Origin: Elusimicrobiota bacterium
GTDB taxonomy: Bacteria; Elusimicrobiota; Elusimicrobia; Elusimicrobiales; UBA9959
Length of the DNA stretch: 49,201 nt
Direction: 5' to 3'
Assembly: GCA_022013385.1 (NCBI GenBank)
Contig: JAKLQJ010000202.1
Span: forward strand, 1-49,201
Part shown: one piece after another, positions 41,801 through 49,201 of the stretch
Position numbering within the stretch: the stretch's first letter is position 1
Layout: every line of letters begins with the position of its first letter
Program-made: the position numbers and the translations under genes
Notes under the pieces: generated by a model
Told to the model about the DNA's origin: nothing
Databases searched by the model: none
The model's input: the letters and a program-made list of their open reading frames with translations, nothing else

Positions 41801-41818
41801 TCTCCGCCTATGGCGGGA
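41801..41818. repeat. degenerate CCGCC-TAT-GGCGG hairpin (REP-like family)
   Basis: tctccgcctatggcggga. Confidence 0.6.
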
Positions 41819-41969
41819 TAAATCGCGCAAGAACAAGCGCGGCACTAATGTACCATAATGAGGTTGTGTTTTTTGTGCATGGGGAGATATAAATGTGTAT
41901 GAATGGGGTTTTCTACCACTACAAGCCTTGTAAAAAGGCCATGATGTTCTTGATTGTCTTTTGATTTAT

Positions 41970-43061
41970 TTACTGCCCTACTGATTTATAACCTATTTTA
42001 TCAATCTTGGTAAAAATAGTCCTGTCTCTGCGTTCAAAAACGGGGCTTCGGAAGGGGAAGTCAAATGTGATTGACATTCTGTGCGCTGTTCCCAATTCCC
42101 CCATTGGAGTAAAGGCGTAATCCAAACTGAAAAAATGAAGAGTCGCTCCCAAACCGAAGCTGAATCCGCCTAAACTATTATCAAGCATTTGACTGTTTAA
42201 ACCGCCGCGAATACTTAATTTTGTAAGTTCATTCGGTTTAATATTAAGTTCGGCGCCGAGAATAAAATTTGGTTTATTTTGTTTTGGAAACACTATATCG
42301 GCGGCAAGCATAAAATTTTTAAAAGGATTTAGAGCGCCGGCCAGTTTCAATGTCATCGGCAGGGCATTGGATTCCGTGTCAAATTTTAATCCTTGTCCAA
42401 AATTAGTAAGCATTATGCCGAGCCTATAGGGTAGCGAAGTAAAATTATATGTCATTATTCCAAAATCACCGGCGAAAGACGATGTCTCTGACACTATTTT
42501 TGATTTTATATGCTTTACGGAAACACCCATTGATAAATCTTTCTCTTTATCTGAAAACTCCAAAACCGCTCTGCTGTAAGAAAGGGTAATAACTTGGTCT
42601 TTAGGAGTAAATGTTCCCAGCCTATTGCCGGAAATATCGGTTTGATTAATGGCTCCTATATCTGTTACCAAAGCTGAAGCGGCAAGAACGGAATCATAAC
42701 TCATGCGATGAGCATAGGCCATATATTGATAATTTATATCCGCGACATAAGATGTTCTCATAAATATTGCCGATAATTTTGAAATTTGAATAAGACCTGC
42801 CGGATTCCAGAAAATGGCGGACGCATCTTCGCTGATCGCGGTATACGCTCCTCCCATGGCGGCCGCCCTAGCGCCTATAGGAAGATTTAAGAAATCCGCA
42901 GTTGTAGTGCCTATGGCTTCTTTATTAAAGTAAGTTTCAGCATTTGAAATTGAAATAGAGACGCACATTAAAAGCGCCGAAACGCAAAATCTTAACCAAT
43001 ACAACCTACGCGGTTGTACTGGTTTATTTTTATTTTTTCTCATAAACAATTTCATATCCAT
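41970..43061 (-). CDS. PorV/PorQ-family (UPF0164-like) outer-membrane beta-barrel protein
   Basis: Signal peptide, then 'GARAAAMGGAYTAISEDASAIFWNPAGL' and alternating beta-strand pattern to the C-terminal aromatic residue region. Adjacent to a T9SS-type cargo gene. Confidence 0.7.
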   Translation of the reverse strand: MDMKLFMRKNKNKPVQPRRLYWLRFCVSALLMCVSISISNAETYFNKEAIGTTTADFLNLPIGARAAAMGGAYTAISEDASAIFWNPAGLIQISKLSAIFMRTSYVADINYQYMAYAHRMSYDSVLAASALVTDIGAINQTDISGNRLGTFTPKDQVITLSYSRAVLEFSDKEKDLSMGVSVKHIKSKIVSETSSFAGDFGIMTYNFTSLPYRLGIMLTNFGQGLKFDTESNALPMTLKLAGALNPFKNFMLAADIVFPKQNKPNFILGAELNIKPNELTKLSIRGGLNSQMLDNSLGGFSFGLGATLHFFSLDYAFTPMGELGTAHRMSITFDFPFRSPVFERRDRTIFTKIDKIGYKSVGQ

Positions 43062-43077
43062 TCACCGGCGTTTTCTA

Positions 43078-43179
43078 CTTCTGCCACACTGTATCGCTGT
43101 ATCTTTGTCGCTCTGACTTTATCTTTCCTCTTCTGCCGCGCTGTATCGTTGCCGCGCTGCCGCTCTGACTTTATCTTTC
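43078..43179. repeat. about 52-bp tandem duplication spanning the stop codon of the giant gene
   Basis: cttctgccacactgtatcgctg...gctctgactttatctttc (43078-43127) versus cttctgccgcgctgtatcgttg...gctctgactttatctttc (43130-43179). The 18-mer gctctgactttatctttc is exact at 43110-27 and 43162-79. Confidence 0.75.
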
Positions 43180-46100
43180 AACCGCAAGTTTAATTATCTT
43201 CTTGCCGGCTGAGGAGTCTATAACGCATAAATATATGCCGCTGGCTACGAGTTCGCCATATTTATTTGTTCCATCCCATATTGCCAAACCCGTCGGAGTA
43301 GCGTTTCCTTCCCATACTTTAATACCTGATAAAGTATATATTCTTATCTCGGAACTAGCGGGAATATTATCTATCGTAACAAAACCGTGCCCTCTATTGC
43401 TGTAAAAAGGATTTGGATATATTGAAATATTATTAAGGTCTGCGGCTGCTGTCTTCTTTATAAGTTGAAATATACTGAAATGGTTTAAAGTTGCGGTAAT
43501 TGTTTCCGCTCCGACATTTACCGTTGTTTTTAAAGGCAAACATTGTCCCGATACAGGATTGTATCTTGCCAATACCCATTGGGATTGAGTAGGGCTAATG
43601 ATATTTCTTTCGGCCTGATTCATTGCAAGTGTCAATGTTATCGGAACTTGCGGTTGAGAATTATTTTCTGAATAAATAGCCACTTCAAGAGGTTTCCCCG
43701 TCGTTGGTGGTAGGAGATAATTACAGGAGTTTGTTGCCGAAGATGATATCGCTATGTCAGTTGCCGCAGGGAAAGAACCTGAGGGAATGCTCATAATCAC
43801 TCTTCTTCCGTTATTATTGTCTTTCCAAATACCTTCAACCGGCAAAACACCGTCAATAATTGTTGTTTTTGACGGATCACTGGTGCCGGCTATTGAACCT
43901 TTAGGAGCGCCATTTGGCCCGGCTAGAGTAAGAGCGTTGGGAACACATTGAATTTTAGCTGTTTCAAGGAGTTCTCCGTTTATAGCCGTCACATCAAAAT
44001 AATATGTGGTGGATGTCATTAAACCGTTTATTTCTATTGATGAAGCGGTATGACAGTCGGAGAATGCCACATAGGTTGAAATGGTTACAAAATTATCTGT
44101 GCTGCCTCTTATCTCATAACAAGTGGTATCAGGGTTATCGCCGGTTTCCCACTCAATAATCACTCCTGACATTGAAATTGATGTGGTTGTTACATTTATA
44201 GGAGGTTGAGCTTTAGTATATTTTGAGCCAAGCTCTAAAGTTTCAGTCGGATTTTCATTTTCATCATTCTCATCCTCGTCCTCATCCTCGTCCTCATCAC
44301 TTCCCGCTCCATTATACGCTGTAATCTTTGCCGTATATTTGGTATTAGGCGTTAATCCTTCCACAGAAATATTAGTGCCTGTTGTGTAAAATATATCGGT
44401 ATTAGAATCATCAGAAATTGCAATGCTGTATTCCGTATAGTTGGGATTGCCGTTCGCAATCCAATTAACTCGCATACTGCCGGTAGATATGTTTGTAAGG
44501 GCGTTTGGAACTCCCGGCAAGGGAGCTACAGCAAAAGTATAAATATCCGGAGATATGGACGGAGGGCCATAATTGGCGCCTTCAAAAGCGATTACCCTAA
44601 CGATATGGGGCGTATTAGTGGATAATCCTGTTTGATAAGCATATGCTAATGAAGCGGTAGTTACGAAAACTGCGGATTCCGTGCCATCGGTTACATCATA
44701 AACAGTATAGGAGGATGCTCCAACAGTAGGATCCCATGACCATCTTATTTCAGAGATGCTTATCGCTGTGCCTTGTAGATTAGTTATACTTCCTACAGTA
44801 ATAGTTGAAGCAGGGGCGCTAAAATCTGTTATTTCTCCGGCGCCATTTTTGGCTCTGACTCTGAAACAATAAAATTGATTGGAGGACAATTGATTTAAAG
44901 TTGTGCTTGTGCTCGTATAATTATCATCGAAGATAATAGGAGTTGATATATTTGATGTGAAACAGTCGCTGTCATTCGTGGACGCGGACATTGAGAGTTC
45001 ATATGTGGTAATGTCGGAATTAAAATTAGGCGACCATTCCAAATCTGCTGTTTCAAAACTGGCATTATTTATAGTTAAATTTTGTGGTACGGCCGCAAGG
45101 GTATAATAAGTTGCCGATTTTACGAATTCCCCATATCCTCCCGTATTATAGCCCGCCACTTTAACGGAAGACATTGTATTTGGCGTTAAAGTCGCTTGCG
45201 AAAATATTTCGATATCTGATATAGCGATAAAAACATTATTGCTGGATGAAAATATCGCGTAACCGTCTGAACTAGCCACTGTTCCAATATTCCATGACCA
45301 ATTTATAGTGGTTGAGCTCGCTACCGTTCCTAGAAGATTAGCCACTATGCCCGTCGGGCGCTGGCTTGTAACCTGAACGGTATAGCCATTAGAGAAAACG
45401 CCGTTATTGGCTACCCAAAAATTATAAAAACCATAGGGCAATTGATTGGAAGACGGAGGCATTATGAGAGTGATGGAGGATGTTGTTTTTTTCCAATCAG
45501 TGTTTTGACTGCCGTATAAGGTATAAAGGCTGGTGGTTAAATCCGTTAGAAAGCCGCTTGGATTATCAATTTGCTGAATATAAACCCTTGGATTATGATG
45601 GGAAGAATTCATCGGGCCTGCGCCTCCGCCCGATGCTTCCGTTATGCCGTGAAAACTGGAAGTATCGCTCAAAAGGGTTATCCTATCGCCTTTATCAAAA
45701 GTTATCGTGCCTGAAGATATAAGCGGTTGTCTGTCTATGGCTGTTTCGCGTCCGAAAATATCGGGTCCAGAGCCAAAATAAACCTTTTCAGCGCTGTCTA
45801 AATAATTTACTCCGTCAAAACCGCCTATATTCATCAGATAACCGTCGCTCATAAGCACAGTGGTATGAGCGACCCTTTTCTGCATGGTTCCTTGAGATTG
45901 CCATGTGCTGAAATCAACATCAAAACCTTCCGCATATCCCTGCGCTATACTTGGTTCTTCCCCCCCCGCAACCAGAATTTTTCCATTGGGCAAAAGCGTG
46001 CTGGTATGGTTTGCTCTTGGCAAACACATGTCATTTCCTCTGCCGATTGCCGGAAAATTTAAGGTATAGGTCCAATTACTGCCATTATAAATTTCCGCGC

Positions 46101-48921
46101 TTTTTAAAACCTGAGTGCCGTCACTGCCGCCGGCAATAAGCGCTCTGCCGTCTTTAAGCAAATTCGCGGTGTGGTCATACCTTTGCATATTCAAGTTGGG
46201 GCCGGCGCTCCATTGTCTTGTTACTCGGTTATAAATTTCAGAGCTGTTTAATGCCCCGCCGTTTATTCCGCCTATTACCAATACATTGCCGTTTTTCAAT
46301 AAGGTTGCCGTGTGCTGAGATCTGGCTGTAGTGAGATTATCGCTCACAGTTTGCCAAGCTGCTTCGGTGGTTATGTATATTTCCGAAGTGTTTGAATAGC
46401 CGCTCATTGTTCCGCCGGCGGCTACTAAAACATTTCCATCCGGCAATAAGGTTGCAGTATGATTTGCTCTGGCATAAGTCATTGACGCTGTTTTCACCCA
46501 TTTTTCGGTATCCGGATAATAAATTTCGGCGGTATTTATGGCGGCGGTGGAGGAATTAAGTTTTCCTCCCGCAACCAAAACCGTCCCATTGGCAAGCAAT
46601 GTGGCGGTATGATTTGATCTTGTATAATTCATCGGATAGACATAGCCCCATTCTTTAGTCACCGGGTCTAGCAATTCACAAGAGCTTAACGGCTTGGTTC
46701 CGTCAGAGCCGCCACAAGTTAGAATACTATTGTCAGGCAAAAGGGTGCTTGTATGAAAAGCTCTTTTTGTATTGAGAGTTTCATCTTCTTGCGTCCACAT
46801 ATCGCTTTTTTGATTAATATACACGATTCCGTCGCTTATAGGTCTGAATGCCTTAATGCTTCTTGAGCAATCGTTTGTAGGATTTGCTTCGCAATTTTTT
46901 CCTCCGACGGTTAATAAGTCATCAGCCGGGGTTAGTATTGAGTTATGGTTAAATATCGGAAGATACAGAGCCTCTTCATCAAATTCCCATATACTGTCTT
47001 TGGGATTGTATTCAAGTCTATCCGCAAAAACCATTTCTCTAACCACCACAGTTGAAACATCAAAACTATACGAAGTATCCGTATCTTCCACTGTTAGTTC
47101 TATTCTACTAGAGGTAAATTCCATATCCAATGCGAATCCATCCGTCTCATCGCCAGCCGCATTTACGGGAGATGATAGGGTGTCGGTGGTATTTACTATC
47201 AATCCGTCAAGAGATGAAAAAACGACATTTGTTTGAGTAGCCAAACCGTAAACAATACCGCCTATTGGAAATGCCGTAATGAAATTAGTGGTAAAAGTAG
47301 CGACTCCTCCCGGTGTTCCGATATCAACATTGGGAGCCAGATTCACAATATAAAATTCACCATCATCGGTTATCATTCCGCCGGTTATTTGCGCCGAGGC
47401 GGTTATTTGTCCGCCTATGTAAATTGCTGGGACCATAAAGGAAATGTCCAATGTTAAAGTGGATGTGGGAAGTAAGTCGGCTTGTCCACCTTCATCGATA
47501 ATACCTGCAAAATTTAATGTTGAGCCGACTACATTAACGAAGGAGAGGCTTACATCTAACGGAGGAAAAATTACAAGCGACGGAGGACTTGAAGCTCCGA
47601 TATTATCAAGCTGAACAATATTTTCAAACACTCCTCCTACCCCGGTATCAGGGTCTTTTACTATCGGCATTCCGTCGATTACGGATGTGCTCCTTTGCAT
47701 ATATATTTCCACATTCTCTATCGTAATTGACGGCTGTTCAGGATCAAAGGGAAGCGAAAAATAAATATTTCCGTCTACCAGTCTTCCCGAAACTTCTCTT
47801 GAAAGTTGAATATCCAAGGGAAATTTTACATCGCCCCCTGCCCCTGAAATATTGGATGAACTAATGCCCACAGCTGTTAAATCCAAATAACTGCCTTCTT
47901 CAATGACAGGCTGGGCTTGAAAATAGCTTACGGGAAAATTACCGTAACCGCCCAACAAATTAACTTTACCGTCCGGCTTAAGAACCGCCCCATGACTGCT
48001 ATTTCTATACGGCATTACATCATAGTCCTCTCCCGAAACAGGAACTCTGGCGCCGCCGAGATCAAACATTTCAACACTTCCCAGAAAACCTTGACTTAAT
48101 TGGTTCTGATTGTATTGGGTTGTGGTAGTATCCACGCTGAATTTATCAAGCTGGTCCACAGCATTATAACCGCCGACTATCAACACATTTCCGTTGTTTA
48201 GTACTGTTGCGGAATGTTGCGCTCTACCTTCGGCCAAACTGTCAACGGGTGCCCAAATATTATCAACCGAATCATAAATCTCATTATCCGGCAAATAAAT
48301 AAACCCTCCTTTATAGCTAAGGCCGCCGGAAACAAAAACTCCTCCCGATGAAAATAGATTTGCGGTATGACCCATCCTTGAATTATTCATGGGTGTTACG
48401 GCAGCAAAACTATTTCCCGAAGTATCAAATACTTCGCAGGTGGCTGTTATGCTGGTAGCGTCGGCTGTTTGGCCTCCGCAGATAAGGACATTTCCTGAAT
48501 TTGGCCCGGTGCTTAAAAGTGTGGCGGTATGGCCGCCCCTCTCCGTTTGCATAGCTCCGGATAGATTTGTCCATGATACGGTTATGGGATCATATACTTC
48601 CGCGTCATCAATAGGAGTTCCGTCATTAAATCCTCCTGCTACCAAAATCCGTCCGTCAGATAATAATGTGGCGGTATGAGATGACCTTGCGGTATTCATC
48701 GGATTTCCCGCAATCCATTTGGCTTCGGACATGGAATAAATTTCTACGGTACTTGAAGGAGTATTGGGATAGACTGTTACGCCGCCGGTAACCATTATGT
48801 TTCCATCGGCCATAAGTGTAGTGGTTTGGCTATGTCTTGCCGTCAGAACGGCTGAAAGCGGGAAATTGCATAAAAAAAAGATAATTCCCAGAAATAGTGA
48901 AATGGTTTTCACGGTATTCAT
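43171..48921 (-). CDS. 1916-aa secreted protein: two Kelch-type beta-propeller blocks, FN3-like repeats, acidic linker, T9SS/FlgD-Ig-like C-terminal sorting domain
   Basis: Signal peptide 'ISLFLGIIFFLCNFPLSA'. About 13 units with the signature 'R..HTATLL.(D/N)G.VLV.GG' in two clusters. Several 'W.W....(A/S)..Y.(V/I)' FN3-like modules. 'GSDEDEDEDEDENDENEN' linker. C-terminal 'ISIYPNPFYS...IRIYTLSGIKVWEG...WDGTNKYGELVASGIYLCVI'. Confidence 0.85.
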   Translation of the reverse strand: MNTVKTISLFLGIIFFLCNFPLSAVLTARHSQTTTLMADGNIMVTGGVTVYPNTPSSTVEIYSMSEAKWIAGNPMNTARSSHTATLLSDGRILVAGGFNDGTPIDDAEVYDPITVSWTNLSGAMQTERGGHTATLLSTGPNSGNVLICGGQTADATSITATCEVFDTSGNSFAAVTPMNNSRMGHTANLFSSGGVFVSGGLSYKGGFIYLPDNEIYDSVDNIWAPVDSLAEGRAQHSATVLNNGNVLIVGGYNAVDQLDKFSVDTTTTQYNQNQLSQGFLGSVEMFDLGGARVPVSGEDYDVMPYRNSSHGAVLKPDGKVNLLGGYGNFPVSYFQAQPVIEEGSYLDLTAVGISSSNISGAGGDVKFPLDIQLSREVSGRLVDGNIYFSLPFDPEQPSITIENVEIYMQRSTSVIDGMPIVKDPDTGVGGVFENIVQLDNIGASSPPSLVIFPPLDVSLSFVNVVGSTLNFAGIIDEGGQADLLPTSTLTLDISFMVPAIYIGGQITASAQITGGMITDDGEFYIVNLAPNVDIGTPGGVATFTTNFITAFPIGGIVYGLATQTNVVFSSLDGLIVNTTDTLSSPVNAAGDETDGFALDMEFTSSRIELTVEDTDTSYSFDVSTVVVREMVFADRLEYNPKDSIWEFDEEALYLPIFNHNSILTPADDLLTVGGKNCEANPTNDCSRSIKAFRPISDGIVYINQKSDMWTQEDETLNTKRAFHTSTLLPDNSILTCGGSDGTKPLSSCELLDPVTKEWGYVYPMNYTRSNHTATLLANGTVLVAGGKLNSSTAAINTAEIYYPDTEKWVKTASMTYARANHTATLLPDGNVLVAAGGTMSGYSNTSEIYITTEAAWQTVSDNLTTARSQHTATLLKNGNVLVIGGINGGALNSSEIYNRVTRQWSAGPNLNMQRYDHTANLLKDGRALIAGGSDGTQVLKSAEIYNGSNWTYTLNFPAIGRGNDMCLPRANHTSTLLPNGKILVAGGEEPSIAQGYAEGFDVDFSTWQSQGTMQKRVAHTTVLMSDGYLMNIGGFDGVNYLDSAEKVYFGSGPDIFGRETAIDRQPLISSGTITFDKGDRITLLSDTSSFHGITEASGGGAGPMNSSHHNPRVYIQQIDNPSGFLTDLTTSLYTLYGSQNTDWKKTTSSITLIMPPSSNQLPYGFYNFWVANNGVFSNGYTVQVTSQRPTGIVANLLGTVASSTTINWSWNIGTVASSDGYAIFSSSNNVFIAISDIEIFSQATLTPNTMSSVKVAGYNTGGYGEFVKSATYYTLAAVPQNLTINNASFETADLEWSPNFNSDITTYELSMSASTNDSDCFTSNISTPIIFDDNYTSTSTTLNQLSSNQFYCFRVRAKNGAGEITDFSAPASTITVGSITNLQGTAISISEIRWSWDPTVGASSYTVYDVTDGTESAVFVTTASLAYAYQTGLSTNTPHIVRVIAFEGANYGPPSISPDIYTFAVAPLPGVPNALTNISTGSMRVNWIANGNPNYTEYSIAISDDSNTDIFYTTGTNISVEGLTPNTKYTAKITAYNGAGSDEDEDEDEDENDENENPTETLELGSKYTKAQPPINVTTTSISMSGVIIEWETGDNPDTTCYEIRGSTDNFVTISTYVAFSDCHTASSIEINGLMTSTTYYFDVTAINGELLETAKIQCVPNALTLAGPNGAPKGSIAGTSDPSKTTIIDGVLPVEGIWKDNNNGRRVIMSIPSGSFPAATDIAISSSATNSCNYLLPPTTGKPLEVAIYSENNSQPQVPITLTLAMNQAERNIISPTQSQWVLARYNPVSGQCLPLKTTVNVGAETITATLNHFSIFQLIKKTAAADLNNISIYPNPFYSNRGHGFVTIDNIPASSEIRIYTLSGIKVWEGNATPTGLAIWDGTNKYGELVASGIYLCVIDSSAGKKIIKLAVER

Positions 48922-49023
48922 AATTTCTTAACTTAGTGTACAAATGTTTTGTTACGGCCTTGTTAAATTTTCTTTACAAGCGCTTCTCAATTTATTATTT
49001 CCTTACCGTTACTTTTTGCCGTT

Positions 49024-49052
49024 CCCTGTTACCATAGTTGCTAATCACCTAG
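49024..49052 (-). repeat. reverse-orientation copy of the 'GGTAATTAGCAAC..GGTAACAGG' module
   Basis: ccctgttaccatagttgctaatcacctag is the reverse complement of ctaggtgattagcaactatggtaacaggg (compare 41554-41584). Confidence 0.6.
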
Positions 49053-49110
49053 TGTAGTGAGTCGTAAATAACTTGACATTTACTATTTACGCATCTTGCG
49101 TCGTGGTTTT

Positions 49111-49156
49111 AACCCCGCGGGTTTTTTCTACAACCAAGTTTACCCAACCCACGGGG
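49111..49156. repeat. CCCCGCGGG...CCCACGGGG hairpin repeat, copy 3
   Basis: aaccccgcggg (49111-21) ... caacccacgggg (49145-56). Same arms as 12404-12444. Confidence 0.7.
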
Positions 49157-49201
49157 TAAAAACAAGCATTTAAATGTAAAGAAGTGTTGGACGCACTACA
49201 C

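Noticed and set aside
41585-41845. 86-aa minus-strand ORF between speH and the PorV-like gene
   Set aside because: Composed of the spacer repeat modules: the CCGCC-TAT-GGCGG hairpin gives 'SRHRRRE' and the TCCCGTGGCG hairpin lies inside. Trp/Arg/His-rich with no family resemblance.
44255-44310. GAT/GAG/GAC-rich tract (DEDEDEDEDENDENEN) in the giant gene as a possible contingency repeat
   Set aside because: The codon-level repeat is imperfect and in multiples of three. It is most simply an acidic inter-domain linker.

Overview
AT-rich bacterial chromosomal fragment, roughly mid-30s % GC by eye (not computed). About 32 credible protein genes, all but two on the minus strand. All protein calls come from motif reading of the supplied translations; no database search was possible. 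The T9SS-type cargo/PorV pair and the Bat operon suggest an uncultivated FCB-group or Elusimicrobia-like organism (inference only).

**Layout**
- **1-12 kb:** restriction/defence island on one strand. SNF2-family helicase, GxxExxY protein, DUF4391 protein, Type III Mod methyltransferase, RhuM-family protein, Type III Res helicase-nuclease. An unlisted 43-aa zinc-ribbon ORF and a beta-repeat protein of unknown function follow.
- **12-13.9 kb:** about 2 kb with no convincing long ORF. It holds a GC-richer, heavily self-complementary segment (candidate structured RNA), several hairpin repeat families, a 46-bp perfect palindrome, and a tiny wHTH gene carrying a 13-bp tandem duplication.
- **13.9-25 kb:** housekeeping genes. 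DEAD-box RNA helicase, NhaC antiporter, short pyruvate kinase, M28 peptidase, transaldolase/PGI fusion with an extra C-terminal domain, RpiB.
- **23.7-28.6 kb:** GAF histidine kinase plus sigma54-dependent response regulator. Downstream, a near-consensus sigma54 promoter precedes a Cys-rich mini-protein and glutamate dehydrogenase.
- **28.8-38.2 kb:** HEAT-MoxR-DUF58-DUF4381-like-BatA-BatB-BatC-BatD-BatE aerotolerance-type operon.
- **38.4-41.4 kb:** RDD protein, DksA/TraR, SpeE, SpeH.
- **42-48.9 kb:** PorV/PorQ-like barrel plus a 1916-aa Kelch/FN3 protein with a T9SS-type C-terminal domain.

**Most notable observations**
1. The two-ATPase SNF2 + DUF4391 + Mod + Res cassette.
2. An approximately 80-110 bp palindromic element (arms GCCACGAAA...TTTCGTGGC) inserted twice in-frame inside mod, and again around the GxxExxY gene.
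3. The candidate structured RNA next to the island.
4. Several short repeat/hairpin families occupying almost every intergenic spacer, including spacers inside the Bat operon.
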